The notes under the pieces were generated by a model. It was not told the DNA's origin. It made no database searches and saw nothing but the letters and a program-made list of their open reading frames with translations. A program made the position numbers and the translations under genes. A stretch of 64,000 nucleotides of DNA, taken from Octopus sinensis (Eukaryota). Numbering within the stretch: the first letter of the stretch is position 1; each line of letters opens with the position of its first letter. The stretch spans positions 107,446,001 through 107,510,000 of the forward strand of contig NC_042999.1 of assembly GCF_006345805.1 (NCBI RefSeq), read 5' to 3'. Shown piece by piece: positions 51,401-63,361 of the stretch.

Positions 51401-52309
51401 TGACACAAAAAATTTCTTTACAAAAAAAGTTACTCCTTGATCTTATTTATATTATTGTCATCTAATCACAAAAGCTTATCTCTTGGAATCATTGACAATC
51501 TTAAGCAAATTTGGTATGTTATTGAAAGTAGCTTTGAGTCTTCTTTTAGCAACAACCTTCAAGATCCAATTCATCAATGTTTCATACTTCCTTCACATTT
51601 TCTGCTACTACTAAAATTTCTTGGATAAATTAAAATTCCAATGAAAATGCATTTTTATTCAAAAAGTTTTGAATTTTTTTCCTTCCTCCCACAAATCTAT
51701 CACCCTTCAAAAGATCTATTCTGAAGAATAAGTACTAGGCTTACAGAGAATAAGTCCTGGAGTCAATTTGTTCGACTAAAGGGCGGTGCTCCAGCATAGT
51801 CACAGTCAGATGACTGAATCAAGTAAAAGTATAAAAGAATGCAAACCCTTCAAGGAACTGCCCCCAACTTGGTTCAGAGTTCAGTGGCTGAGACAAATAA
51901 AGGAATAAAATAAAATAAAGAAAGTGCAAATATAATACTAACAACAGCAATGATGAAACAACAAAGATAGCAGCTATAACAGTTGCCTTAAACTTTTGTG
52001 ATTAAATATGAAAAATATTTCCAACAAATCCAGCTTGCATTTTACTGGAAAAATTATTTTTGTGAATCACCAGGGAATAGGAAATAAAAACAAATTGTAA
52101 AAATACTAATAAAATTATCAAAGAATATCTTCTGGACTAAATAATGAAAGGGATTTTTTTTAATATTTGCCTTAAACTGAAAGTGTTTTGCATGTGAGTG
52201 GTGGAGGGAGAAAGTAGATGTTCATGATCTGGATCATTAAAATACATAATTTATAGTTTGTGGGCTATAGACACCTGAAGCAGTTTTACTACCAGAAACC
52301 CCACTGCAG

Positions 52310-52392
52310 GAACATACATGTGCACGTGTATGTGTGTGCATGTATATGTATGCGTGTGGGCATATGAATGTTTATGAGCGAGTGTGAGTGTG

Positions 52393-52432
<40 letters not shown>

Positions 52433-52478
52433 CATATATAAATATATACATATATATGTATATATATATAGAGATGCA

Positions 52479-52522
<44 letters not shown>

Positions 52523-52705
52523 ATATACATGCACATACATATATAAATATATACATACATATACATACAGAGATACATGTAAAAATACATAGATATATAT
52601 ATATATATATACACACACATACATATATAAACATAAAATATACATATACATACATGCATACTTACCTACATACATATATGCATGTATATATACATATTTA
52701 TTTAG

Positions 52706-52763
<58 letters not shown>

Positions 52764-52832
52764 GCATACATACATGCATACATTCATACATGCCTACATA
52801 TATATATATATGTGCATGTGTGTGTGTGTGTA
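52310..52832. repeat. Long compound (TA)/(CA)/(TACA) microsatellite field
   Basis: Directly visible; source of the YIYI ORFs. Confidence 0.95.
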
Positions 52833-53879
52833 TTGCAATGAATCAGAAATTAGGAATAAAATTGACTTTAATGTTCAATTTTGTTGCATTTTAGCAATAT
52901 AATATGGAAATATGTTCAATTTACTTAGATTTTAGCAATGAAATATGTAACGAAAATAAATAAATAAAAAAAAGACACTTTTGTAACAGATCGAACTTTT
53001 CAAAGCACTTTTGTAAGAAAAAAAAGTTCTGATGATCCAATACACACATAAAATTTTCCTAAAGGTAAACATATGACTAATTCAAAAATACATATAAATA
53101 CGATTTTTATAACAAATTTTCTTTTAATTCTTAACTTATGGAAAATTCTTTACTTATGGAAAAAATTCTTTACTTATGGTAAGATATTTACCATGGATTG
53201 CTAATCATTTTAGAAAAAAAATTTATTTTTCTCTCCTCCGCAATTTTGTTTCAGTATTCTGATCTTCGGAAGAGAAATTATCTCAAAGATAATTTTTGGC
53301 AGTTTCAAAAAGCTTCCTTGTGAGGTTTGCTTCATATCTTTTACATACAAATAATTAAAGAGATCTTTTTCTTCATATTGCATCCATTTTGTCTTTATAT
53401 ATTCCTTTATTATTTTTTTACTAATTTCAGTCATTGGACAACATCCATGCTGGAACTCTTGTTTTTAAGAGTTTTACTTAATAATATCAAGACTGAGTCT
53501 TTATCTTTCATTTTTTATCTGTCATTACACTATAGCCATGTTGGGGCACTGCCTTGAAGAGTTTTAGTCAGCACGAATCAACCCCTGTACATATTTTTTT
53601 TAAAGTCTGGTATTTATTTCATTGGTCTCTTTTGCTAAATCACTAGGTTACAGGATTGTAAACACACCAACATCAGTTGTAAAGTTATAGGGGACAAACA
53701 CACATACATATCCAACCCTTGCTAGCATGGAGGGTGGACATTAAACGATGATGATGTCCAACCCATGCCATTTAATGATGATAATAATGATACGCACACA
53801 CATAATGGGTTTCTTTCAGTTTCCATCTACCACCCTGACACTTGCCAATGTGTAAATTCACTTATCAAGCTATCCAACT

Positions 53880-55830
53880 ATTAAAACTGGTAGAATTGAC
53901 ATCATGAAATGTTCATCTTATGATAATGTTGATTTAGAAATGAAGGCAGTGATGAACAATTTATAGTCAACAATTTTTTTTACCTTCCTTGAAATATCAT
54001 ATTGAAATCATTTATGTTGGCAAATATGTCACTAAGGAAAAAATATCACATTTTGTAGCAATCAGTGAAGTAGACAGTAAAGTATTTTGAAGATAAAATT
54101 ATATTGTATCAACAAGTTCAACAAATGGATCACAGAGTTGCCTTCTGAAAACCATTCAACTTTAGTGTCATACAAAAGCCTCACATAGTCATCATCATTA
54201 TCAAGGCACAGTTCGACAGAAAATTTGCTCAAAGAATTTAATTTTAGCTTGTTCACAGTTTTAGTAGCTAACATCACTAGGCCTATCATAGATATTTTAG
54301 ACACTAAATGATACCAGTGAGCCACACAGTGAACTCTTAAATCAGGATGCAAAAGTTCAAGTTTTAACACAGAAGAGACATGTCTGTATCAACCTACTAT
54401 AGCAGGTGCTTCCTCAGATGCACAGGTAACAATGTCATTCAATGCAATGTTATGACCACTAAAAAATAGATTCAATAAATTTTAAATAGATATACCTTTT
54501 CAGTCAAGCAACAATTGATCAGGGAACAGTATCTCTTCACAAAGGTGAACATTTTCATTAAAAAGCAAACATACACCATCATCGTTCATCAACTTGTATG
54601 GAAAATTCAGGACTCTGAAGATTGTGGATGAGTTAATGTTTGACATCAGTGGCTATTTCCTTTATACAGCAAGAAATTGTGTTATTACAAAGTGGAATTA
54701 TCTTGATAATTGTGTCAGGCTTCTTATGCAATACAGTTAGGTCAAAGTAATGTTTGATACTGACCTTTGCAACCAGTAACACAATGTTGTACAATACAAT
54801 CATCCTATTATCTTGTGGTGTAGTTGCTTTCTGAAATTCTGAGATCGATGTTTCTGCTTTATAAATGAGGTCTTAAGTTGTAAGAAATATGACAAAGGTT
54901 TTTCCTTCCGGTCAGCATGCTTAGAATATAAATGCTGCTTTAGGCGTCATGGCTTCATTGCTTAAATTCTGGTTGAACATAAAACATTGAGGTAATTGAC
55001 AGCTCTGAAGAGAAGTGATTAAGCCATAAGATAAATAATCAATACTGAATTGATGACAATTTTTTTTTTAAATGAAGACATTGGAATGTTTAAAAATCAT
55101 ACAATAGAAACAACAGTTAACAAAATTTTTGTTCGTCAAGTTCTATGGTTCGTCAATGTTTGTCAAGTTCTAAGTTCATTTTCAATAATCCACAACTATA
55201 AGATCACAAGACTTGTAATCACTTGGCAATCAATGCAATCCAACTACTTCAAGTGGCTGTGCTTTGAACTGTGAACAGGTTTCTCAGATTTTGTTGGACA
55301 TTATCGTCCATACTCCCTTTTTGACAGCCTGTTGGCTGAGTTCTAAGAGGTCACTGCGTCTGTCTATATATGTGTGATCTCTTGGTGCTGGCAGTATTGG
55401 TGTGTTTATCCTGATATCACTTCTTAATGTTACTAGTAAAATTGTTCTTCATTTGCCCTTACTTGATTTTATTTCCAAAACAATGTTATTTCATTCAAAG
55501 AACTATCTGAACGTTATTGCCCCTTCTCGAAATTATAGAAAAAACCAAAACGTCCCTTGTTTGAAGGTATGTTTATATCTTATCTAGTTATGTGGCCCAG
55601 TTATTTCCATTTAGCCTCATGTTTTTTATGTTGTTTTGTTTTTTTTAATCATGTTCTTTGAATATTTTTCCGGTAAAAAGGTGTTGAAATACTTTCTTGA
55701 TACTCAAACTCCTATCACCCACCAAAATTTCCAATCACCTACCATTTTCTGATCAGTTGCTCATCACCCACCAAACAGTGGAAATTGTCCACTGGTAGGT
55801 AATATCACCAAGGCTGGGAGAACCTTGGGA
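53880..55830 (-). mobile_element. Decayed hAT Buster/Charlie-like transposon (SCAND3/ZBED5-type transposase)
   Basis: LSNEAMTP; IPLCNNTISCCIKEIATDV; TCASEEAPAIVG (decayed TDGAPAMxG); VHCVAH; LLYDTKVEWFSEG (HTEVRWLSxG); terminus-like CCAAGGTTCTCCCAGCCT near 55828. Confidence 0.85.
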
Positions 55831-56324
55831 TTGAGGAACAGAAAAGTAGATAGGTCAGCAAGTGTGCATGAGTGAAAAATGTGACTGAAGATTAAAGATG
55901 GAGATTGAGTTGAACACAGTGAATATCATTTTGGGAAAGGGGAAGTGAAGGAAAAAAATAAGAGTGGGACAGTGAAGAAGAGGTGACAAGGGGCAGTAGT
56001 AAAAATAGACAGGTCCTTGGATGGATGGCTCCTTGGATAGGTGTTCTCAAGCACAGTATATCACCATTCATCTCAGTCTCCCATCATCTTCTTCAAGAGG
56101 TTTTACATATTGAGGTCATTCTATGCATCTAAAGGAATATAATCTTGTTTTACTTTATATATATGTATATCTATAGATGTATGTATAAGTATATGTGTGT
56201 GTTTGTATGTGTGTATGTGCATACACAATCATGCATGTACAAGTGCAAATGTATATATGTATGCTTATATATATATATATATATATATACTGTATTTATA
56301 TACATTACCACTCTCATTTATGCG

Positions 56325-56680
56325 TCATCATCATCATCGTCATCGTCATCATTCTTTAACGTCTGTTTTTCATGCTGGCATTGGTTGGACAGTTTGACTG
56401 AGGTCTGGAAAGCCAGCGGCTGCACCAGGCTCCAATTTGATCTGGCAAGGTTTCTACAGCTGGATGCCAGGGAAAAGGGTAAAGAACCCCTTCAGTCATG
56501 AATGACCATGGGATTGCACCTAGAAAGTTACCCACCAAGCACAAGTCCAAGCATGGTTGTTTATTGTAGACTAGCAGTCACCCATGCATACCAGCCTCCC
56601 CTCTCCACTCCACTAAGGTTATTCAAGGGACAGGCTAGTATAGCTTGACACCAGTGACATCACAACTCATTTCTACTGAG
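56325..56680 (-). mobile_element. Family B fragment (56325-56468) abutting a probable SINE 3' fragment with TTTACCCTTT tail
   Basis: First part matches family B; second part reads ...GGTCATTCATGACTGAAGGGGTTCTTTACCCTTT on the minus strand. Confidence 0.6.
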
Positions 56681-56959
56681 ATGCTCTCTTACCCTTTATG
56701 TGTGTGCAAATATGCACAAATTTTGCTTCTTTGTGTATCTATGTATTTACTTTATTTAACAGCATAACAGGCAAACTATTTGGAAAATATGAATTATCCA
56801 CATGATATTGCATTTGTTTTATTATTTCTTGCAGAACTATCCAGGGATATACTATTATCACCAGTATATAAATCTACAAATCCTCAATCTGTTACTAGTT
56901 TGATAAGCACTAACATGAAACTCTCAGCATTTGAATCAGTCAATTGCTTCTGAATTGAA

Positions 56960-57300
56960 CCAGCCAGGATCCCTGGTCTGGTGGTACGTAAAAAGCACTA
57001 TCCGACTCGTGGCCAATGCCAGTGCCGCTTCGACTGGCTTCCGTGCTGGTGGCACATAAAATACACCAATCCGACCATGGCCGTTGCCAGCCTCGCCTGG
57101 CACCTGTGCAGGTGGCACATAAAAAAAGCACCCACTACACTCACGGAGTGGTTGGCGTTAGGAAGGGCATCCAGCTGTAGAAACATTGCCAGATAAGACT
57201 GGAGCCTGGTGCAGCCTTCTAGCTTCCCAGATCCCCGGTCGAACCGTCCAACCCATGCTAGCATGGAGAACGGACGTTAAACGATGATGATGATGATGAT
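56960..57300 (+). mobile_element. Repeat family B in sense orientation with (GAT)n tail
   Basis: GGTTGGCGTTAGGAAGGGCATCCAGCTGTAGAAAC...CCATGCTAGCATGGAGAACGGACGTTAAACGATGATG. Confidence 0.9.
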
Positions 57301-57561
57301 ATATATTTTAAAAATTATTATAAGCAGTTACAAGTTCTCTCTCCTGTCACTATGTGTAAATGTGGGCTTATGCAGCTTCAAGGGTTTTAACTCCTATTTC
57401 TAGTAGTATAAATGCTATTCTGCACCCTCTTTCACAATTAATGACATTGAAATTTTCCCTTTATGGATTTATATTGCGTATAGCTGCTTATATCAATCTT
57501 TAGTATATATATTAGCATTTCACTGAATCAGCCACAAATTTATATGGTAAATATATATAAT

Positions 57562-57971
57562 AGGTGCAGGAGTGGCTGTGTGGTAAGTAGCTTGCTAACC
57601 AGCCACATTGTTCCGGGTTCAGTCCCACTGCGTGGCATCTTGGGCAAGTGTCTTCTGCTATAGCCCCAGGCCGACCAATGCCTTGTGAGTGGATTTGGTA
57701 GACGGAAACTGAAAGAAGCCTGTCGTATATATGTATACATATATATATGAATATGTGTGTGTGTGTGTTTATGTTTGTCCCCCTAGCATTGCTTGACAAC
57801 CGATGCTGGTGTGTTTACGTCCCCATCACATAGCGGTTCGGCAAAAGAGACTGATAGAATAAGTACTGGGCTTACAAAGAATAAGTCCCGAGGTCGATTT
57901 GCTCGACTAAAGGCGGTGCTCCAGCATGGCCGCAGTCAAATGACTAAAACAAGTAAAAGAGTGAAAGAGTA
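57562..57971 (+). mobile_element. SINE family A, full length
   Basis: Matches the other family A copies. Confidence 0.92.
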
Positions 57972-58015
57972 ATGACAGAGGGTTTTAGCTGAATCATCAA
58001 AGCAATAGGGACAGA

Positions 58016-58059
58016 CACTGCTGATGAATCTGCAATTAACAGAAGAAATTAAACTAGTG
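58016..58059 (+). ncRNA. Minimal hammerhead-like motif, left arm (U16.1 lost)
   Basis: CACTG-CTGATGA-ATCTG caattaa CAGAA-GAAA-TTAAA-C-TAGTG. Confidence 0.4.
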
Positions 58060-58622
58060 GTTTTCCAACTTTGTTCATAGGACAGTTATCTCTCCTGTCA
58101 GTGTATATAAATTTGTGCTTATGCAGTTTTAAGGGTTTTAGCTATTATTTCAAGCAGTATAAGTGCTATTCAGTATCCTCTATCACAATTAGTGACGTTT
58201 AATTTTTTCTGATACATATGGATGCAGGCATGGTTGTGTGGTAAGAAGCTTGCTTCCCAGCCACATGGTTCTGAGTTCAGTTCCATTGCATGACATCTTG
58301 GACAAATGTTTTTTACTATAACCTCTGGCCGACCAAAGCCTTGTGAGTGGCTTTAGTAGATGGAAATTGAAAGAAGTTCATCGTATATATGTATATATTT
58401 GTGTGTCTGTGTTTGTCAATGCCCCTGCACCATTGCTTGACAACTGATATTGGTGTGTTTACATCACCCTTACTAAGGGATTCACCAAAAGAGACCAATA
58501 GAATAAGTACTAGGCTTACAAAGAATAAGTCCTGGGGTCGATTTGTTTGACTTTTTAGTCAAAGCACAAATTTATATACACTGACAGGAGAGATAACTGT
58601 CCTATGAACAAAGTTGGAAAAC

Positions 58623-58666
58623 CACTAGATTAATTTCTTCTGTTAATTGCAGATTCATCAGCAGTG
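58623..58666 (-). ncRNA. Minimal hammerhead-like motif with palindromic stem III, right arm
   Basis: CACTG-CTGATGA-ATCTG caattaa CAGAA-GAA-ATTAAT-C-TAGTG: stem I 5 bp (one G.U), stem II TCTG/CAGA above an A.A mismatch, palindrome ATTAAT, AUC triplet. Confidence 0.55.
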
Positions 58667-58832
58667 TCTGTCCCTATTGCTTTGATGATTCAGCTAAAAC
58701 CCTCTGTCATTACTCTTTTACTCAGACAAAAATATTCATTTACACTGTACATACACGTTGTGTGTATACATATATATACAGATACACACACACACATGAG
58801 CACACATATACACACATGTACTCACACATTTA

Positions 58833-59380
58833 TTGGGTTTACCAGAACGTACATGCCAATTTATAGTAGCTTACTTTTGAATTAGGATTTGATTGCACCT
58901 CCATTTAGAGCACAGTTTAAGCTATCTTTTCATGGAAGAAGGTTTATGTTCCTATAACCGGTGTTAATTCTGTAACCTTTAAAATGGAAGATAAGAAAGT
59001 TCATTTTCAGCACTTGATGCTTTTCGTTTTCCGTAAAGGGAAAAATGCCTCCCAAGCAACCAAAGAAATATGCGCAATTTGCGGTGATGTTTCTTTATCT
59101 GAAAGAACTGTATGGAAGTGGTTCGCAAGGTTCCAAGCTGGAGATTGTAGCCTTATTGATAAAGAGCGATCAGGCAGACCATCCACTACAGATGATGACC
59201 AACTCAAGTCATTAATAGAGAATAACCCACATTGCACAACCGAGAATTGGCAGAAAGCCTCAACCTATCAAAATCCGTCGTTCATGAGTACCTAGTAAAA
59301 CTTGGGTACACAAATCGCTACGATGTTTTGGTACCACATGAGTTGAGTGAGAAGAGCCTTTTGGATTGCATTTCCATCTG
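58833..59380 (+). mobile_element. 5' part of a mariner element (mellifera-like), truncated
   Basis: TA-TTGGGT terminus; MEDKKVHFQHLMLFVFRKGKNASQA...WFARFQAGD...RSGRP, then after a frameshift RELAESL...RYDVLVPHEL. Confidence 0.9.
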
Positions 59381-60938
59381 TCTTCCTAGGTCTACCTCTA
59401 CCCCGGATTCCTTCAACTGTTTGGGAGTGGCACTTCTTCACACATCTCTCCTCATCCATCCGTAGTACATGACCATACCAGTGTAAATGTCTCTCTTGCA
59501 CGCCACATCTGATGCTTCTTAGGTCCAGCATTTCTCTCAGGGCGCTTACACTCTGTCGTGTGTGCACACTGACATTACACATCCAGTGGATCATGCTAGT
59601 TTCATTTCTTTCAAGCCTACGCATGTCCTCTGCAGTCACAGCCCATGTTTCACTACCGTGAAGCATGGCAGTTCACACACATGCGTCAGACAATCTACTT
59701 TTCACCCTGAGTGAGAGACACTTTGTCACCAGTAGGGGTAGAAGCTTTCTAAACTTTGCCTAAGCTATTCGTATTCTAGTGGTGACACTCTCTGAGAATC
59801 CACCTCCACTACTAACTTGGTCACCTAGGTAGCAGAAACTATCAACTACTTCTAGTTTTTTCCCCTGGAGTGTGATGGAATCTGTTTTCTGAGTATCTGT
59901 GATGTCTATTGCCCCTGTGCATCTGCCGCACACGAAAGCTATCTTCTCGGTTAATTTTCCTTTGATGTTGCTGCACCTCTTATGTTTCCATAGCTTACAC
60001 TGGGTACATCTTATGAAGTTTCTACCTACACCTTTTCTACAGATCGAGCAGGGCCACCTACCTGAGGGGGTGTGTGATGAGTTTGCCTTCCTACTTACTA
60101 TAACTTTGGTCTTTGCTACATTGATACTAAGGCCTTTTGATTCTAAACCTAGCTGCCACACCTGAAATTTCTTTTCGAGTTCCAGTAGGAATTCTGCTAT
60201 GAGGGCCAGGTCATCAGCACAGAGGAGCTCCCAGGGGCAACCCGTCTTGAGTTCCTCTGTTATTGCCTGGAGGACTATGATGAATAAAAGGGAACTGAGG
60301 GCTAAAACTTGGTGGACCCCTACTTCTACCCGGAATTCTTCACTATACTCATTGCCAATCCTAACCTTACTACTGGCCTCTCTGTATAGGGCCTGTACAG
60401 CTATTATTAACCATTCATCAATCTCCAGTTTCCACATCGCCCACCAGATAAGGAACCAGGGGACCCTGTTAAAGGCTTTCTCCAAGTCCACAAAAACTAA
60501 GTAGAGGGATTTATCTTTAGCTAGGTATTTCTCCTGCAGTTGTCGAGCCAGGAATATGGCATCAGTGGTGCTTCTACCCGGCACAAAACAGAACTGCATC
60601 TCATCTAAGCAAACTCTCTTCCTAATGAGATGGGCTATGACCTTCTCTGTGACCTTCATGACCTGATCCAGCAGTTTAATACCCCTGTAGTTATTTCTAT
60701 CTAGAGCATCACATTTACCCTTGTAGCAGTTGACTATGGTGCTGCTACCCCAGTCACTGGATATGACTCCATTATGAACTACCTGGTTTACAATGCGGGT
60801 GACTAGGCCATAGCCCACACCACCAGATGTTTTAAACATCTCAGCAGTGATTCCTGATGGACCGGGGGCTTTTCCTGGCTTCATACCCTTAATTGCTTTA
60901 TCTACTAGGGAGCTGTCTATTGGGATAGCTGGTCCTTG
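59377..60938 (-). mobile_element. RTE-clade LINE fragment: reverse transcriptase with embedded C4HC3 finger, truncated at both ends
   Basis: ORF 59760-60884: KAPGPSG, NYRGIKLL, QFCF, FVDLEKAF, VGVHQ, CADD (decayed YADD), FCYLG; next frame MLHGSETW...WYGHVLR...RGRGRPRKT. Confidence 0.95.
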
Positions 60939-61293
60939 GCAAGATAAACTGTAATGAATATATAATACTGTATACTATGCAAGTGTATATAGTTCATATT
61001 TTTATAAACTAAATGGGAAATTTCTGTCTTATAATATTTACTAATGCTGATTCTATTTACATTACTTGAATTTAATTCCTCTCTATCTAATGCAGTATGT
61101 AATATAGTTGGGTGTAAATATATTCAAATTATCATCATGAAATTCTCTCTCAATCATTACATGTGTGTGTGTGTGGTGTGTGTGTGTGTGCGCGCGCACA
61201 TGTGTGTGTGTATATATATATATATATAAATATATATATAAATATATGTATATGTACATATATATATATATATATAATATATATATATATATG

Positions 61294-61325
<32 letters not shown>

Positions 61326-61827
61326 ATATATATCTGCAAATATACATATATGCATATATATGCGTGTGTGTATGTATATTTATTCTTTCTGAATATTATC
61401 ACTAGAATCAGTTCTATCTCTTCTATTTTACTCATGTCTTTCAACCTGTGAAAGTACTTGGGGCTTCTCTTTGAATCTGATAAAGTTATCAGCTAGTAAT
61501 CAATTGTTCTCTTTCAAAGAGATAATTCCTCATATACTTCACGATAAACTGTAGTCTACATTGCTAATAGATAAAAATCTTTTCCTCCACCCAAGATGTT
61601 ACTTGAAAACCAGTCAGACGTTTCTTTCATTATAAAAGTGCCAAATTGAATTGGAAGTATCCCTATAGACAATGTGGGTTTAATTTACTCTCCAAGATAT
61701 AACTTACACTGGCAAATCTTCCTGGTCAATATTTATGTAACAAAACTATTTCTAAAATTTAACTTCACTTACACCATTATACAAATCTGAATTCTTTTTC
61801 ACGCACACACACACACACATATATGTA

Positions 61828-61869
<42 letters not shown>

Positions 61870-61871
<2 letters not shown>

Positions 61872-62056
61872 ATAGATCGTTAGCTCCTACACGCATTTTT
61901 TTCTCTCCTTGTTTTTTTCTGTGTACCTTTCTGTAGAAGAGCGTAGGACCGAAACGTAAAAGACTTTTTCTGTTCCTGAGCACTATACTAATACATCTGT
62001 TTGTTTGTACACCACCTGCCTTCGTCTTTTGTTTATTTTCCTAAACTTTCCCTTTA
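61870..62056 (+). repeat. Short microsatellite-flanked segment with hammerhead-like architecture (61927-61962)
   Basis: CTTT-CTGTAGA-A-GAGC gtag GACC-GAAA-CG-T-A-AAAG. Confidence 0.4.
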
Positions 62057-62150
62057 TACATATATATACATATATACATATGTATATACATATACATATA
62101 TACATATACATATATACATATACATATATACATATACATATATACATATA

Positions 62151-62466
62151 CATCATCATCATCATCATTTAACGTCCGTTTTCCATGCTAGCATGGGTTG
62201 GACGGTTCAACTGGGGTCTGGGAAGCCAGAAGGCTGCGCCAGGCCCAGTCTGATCTGGCAGTGTTTCTACAGCTGGATGCCCTTCCTAACGCCAACCACT
62301 CCGTAAGTGTAGTGGGTGCTTTCTACGTGCCACCTGCACAGGTGCCAGATAAGGCTGGCAAATGGCCACGATTGGATGGTGCTTTTTTACGTGCCACCGG
62401 CATGGGGGGCCAGACGAAACTGGCAACAGCCACAATTGGATGGTGCTTTTTACGTGCCACCAGCAC
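62151..62466 (-). mobile_element. Repeat family B
   Basis: Matches the copies at 37721 and 44537. Confidence 0.9.
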
Positions 62467-62482
62467 ATATGTATATATACAT

Positions 62483-62550
<68 letters not shown>

Positions 62551-62573
62551 GTATATATACATATATATATACA

Positions 62574-63261
62574 CAGAGTGCAATGGGTAAATAGTTTCAT
62601 ATATCTATTTTCATGCATGCACATTGTTTCTTTTTGATTTTGTTGACTACACAGTGTAGTTGGGCACCGTCTGTGAGAAAAACAGCACCATGAGACAATT
62701 CACTCTACCAGAAATTTGGAAATGACATGCTGTACTGCTTGGCATTTGCACTGGAAGCTCCAATACTAACAGATGGTGAGCACCTTGAACAGCCATTGGC
62801 TTGTTATGTCCCCAAAACATGGACTGAGAGAGATAAAAATCAAACATCCAGTCAACATCATGGTGTTTGGTGTGATCACTAGTGATGGCAACATTAGGCA
62901 TCCATTCATCTTCCAATATGGCCTCAGACTCCCCGTACTGCAACCCACTTGATAATTATGTGTGGGTGCAGTTGAGTGAGAGACCAACAAAACTCCTTGT
63001 AGCACCAAAGATGAACTGAAGGCAAGGATTATGGCAGCATTCTCCAGCTTAAACAAGGCGACTGTCCAGAAGAGTTGCAGGAGATTCCGAAGTCGTCTGG
63101 AGGCCGTGGTTGAAGCCAATGGCAATTTTATTGAATGAATTTATTCTTTAGTATTTCAAGATATTTTAATGTAATTTTGATAAATATAGCTGTTAAAATC
63201 AGATGTCAGTGTTATTTTCTTTTCTGCGTAATTTAGATGATATTGTATTCGCCACACCCTG
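62574..63261 (+). mobile_element. Internally deleted Tc1/mariner-superfamily element (maT/DD37D-like)
   Basis: KIKHPVNIMVFGVITSDG; CNPLDNYVW; KDELKARIMAAFSSLNKATVQKSCRRFRSRLEAVVEANGNFIE*; imperfect termini CAGAGTG / CACCCTG-TA. Confidence 0.8.
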
Positions 63262-63312
63262 TATATATCATGTGTGTGGGTGTGTGTGTATGAGTGCATG
63301 TGTGTGTGTATA

Positions 63313-63361
<49 letters not shown>

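Larger units (their letters stand above)
57959..58723. repeat. Near-perfect inverted duplication (arms 57959-58120 and 58562-58723)
   Basis: 162-bp arms with two mismatches seen by eye; spacer holds a 3'-truncated SINE A (about 58222-58553) ending in a TTTGACT-tttt-AGTCAAA mini-hairpin. Confidence 0.97.

Noticed and set aside
52251-52902. Long [12 protein letters not shown] ORFs here and at about 13.8, 38.7, 50.4, 61.1 and 62.3 kb
   Set aside because: Dinucleotide repeats lack stop codons; not genes
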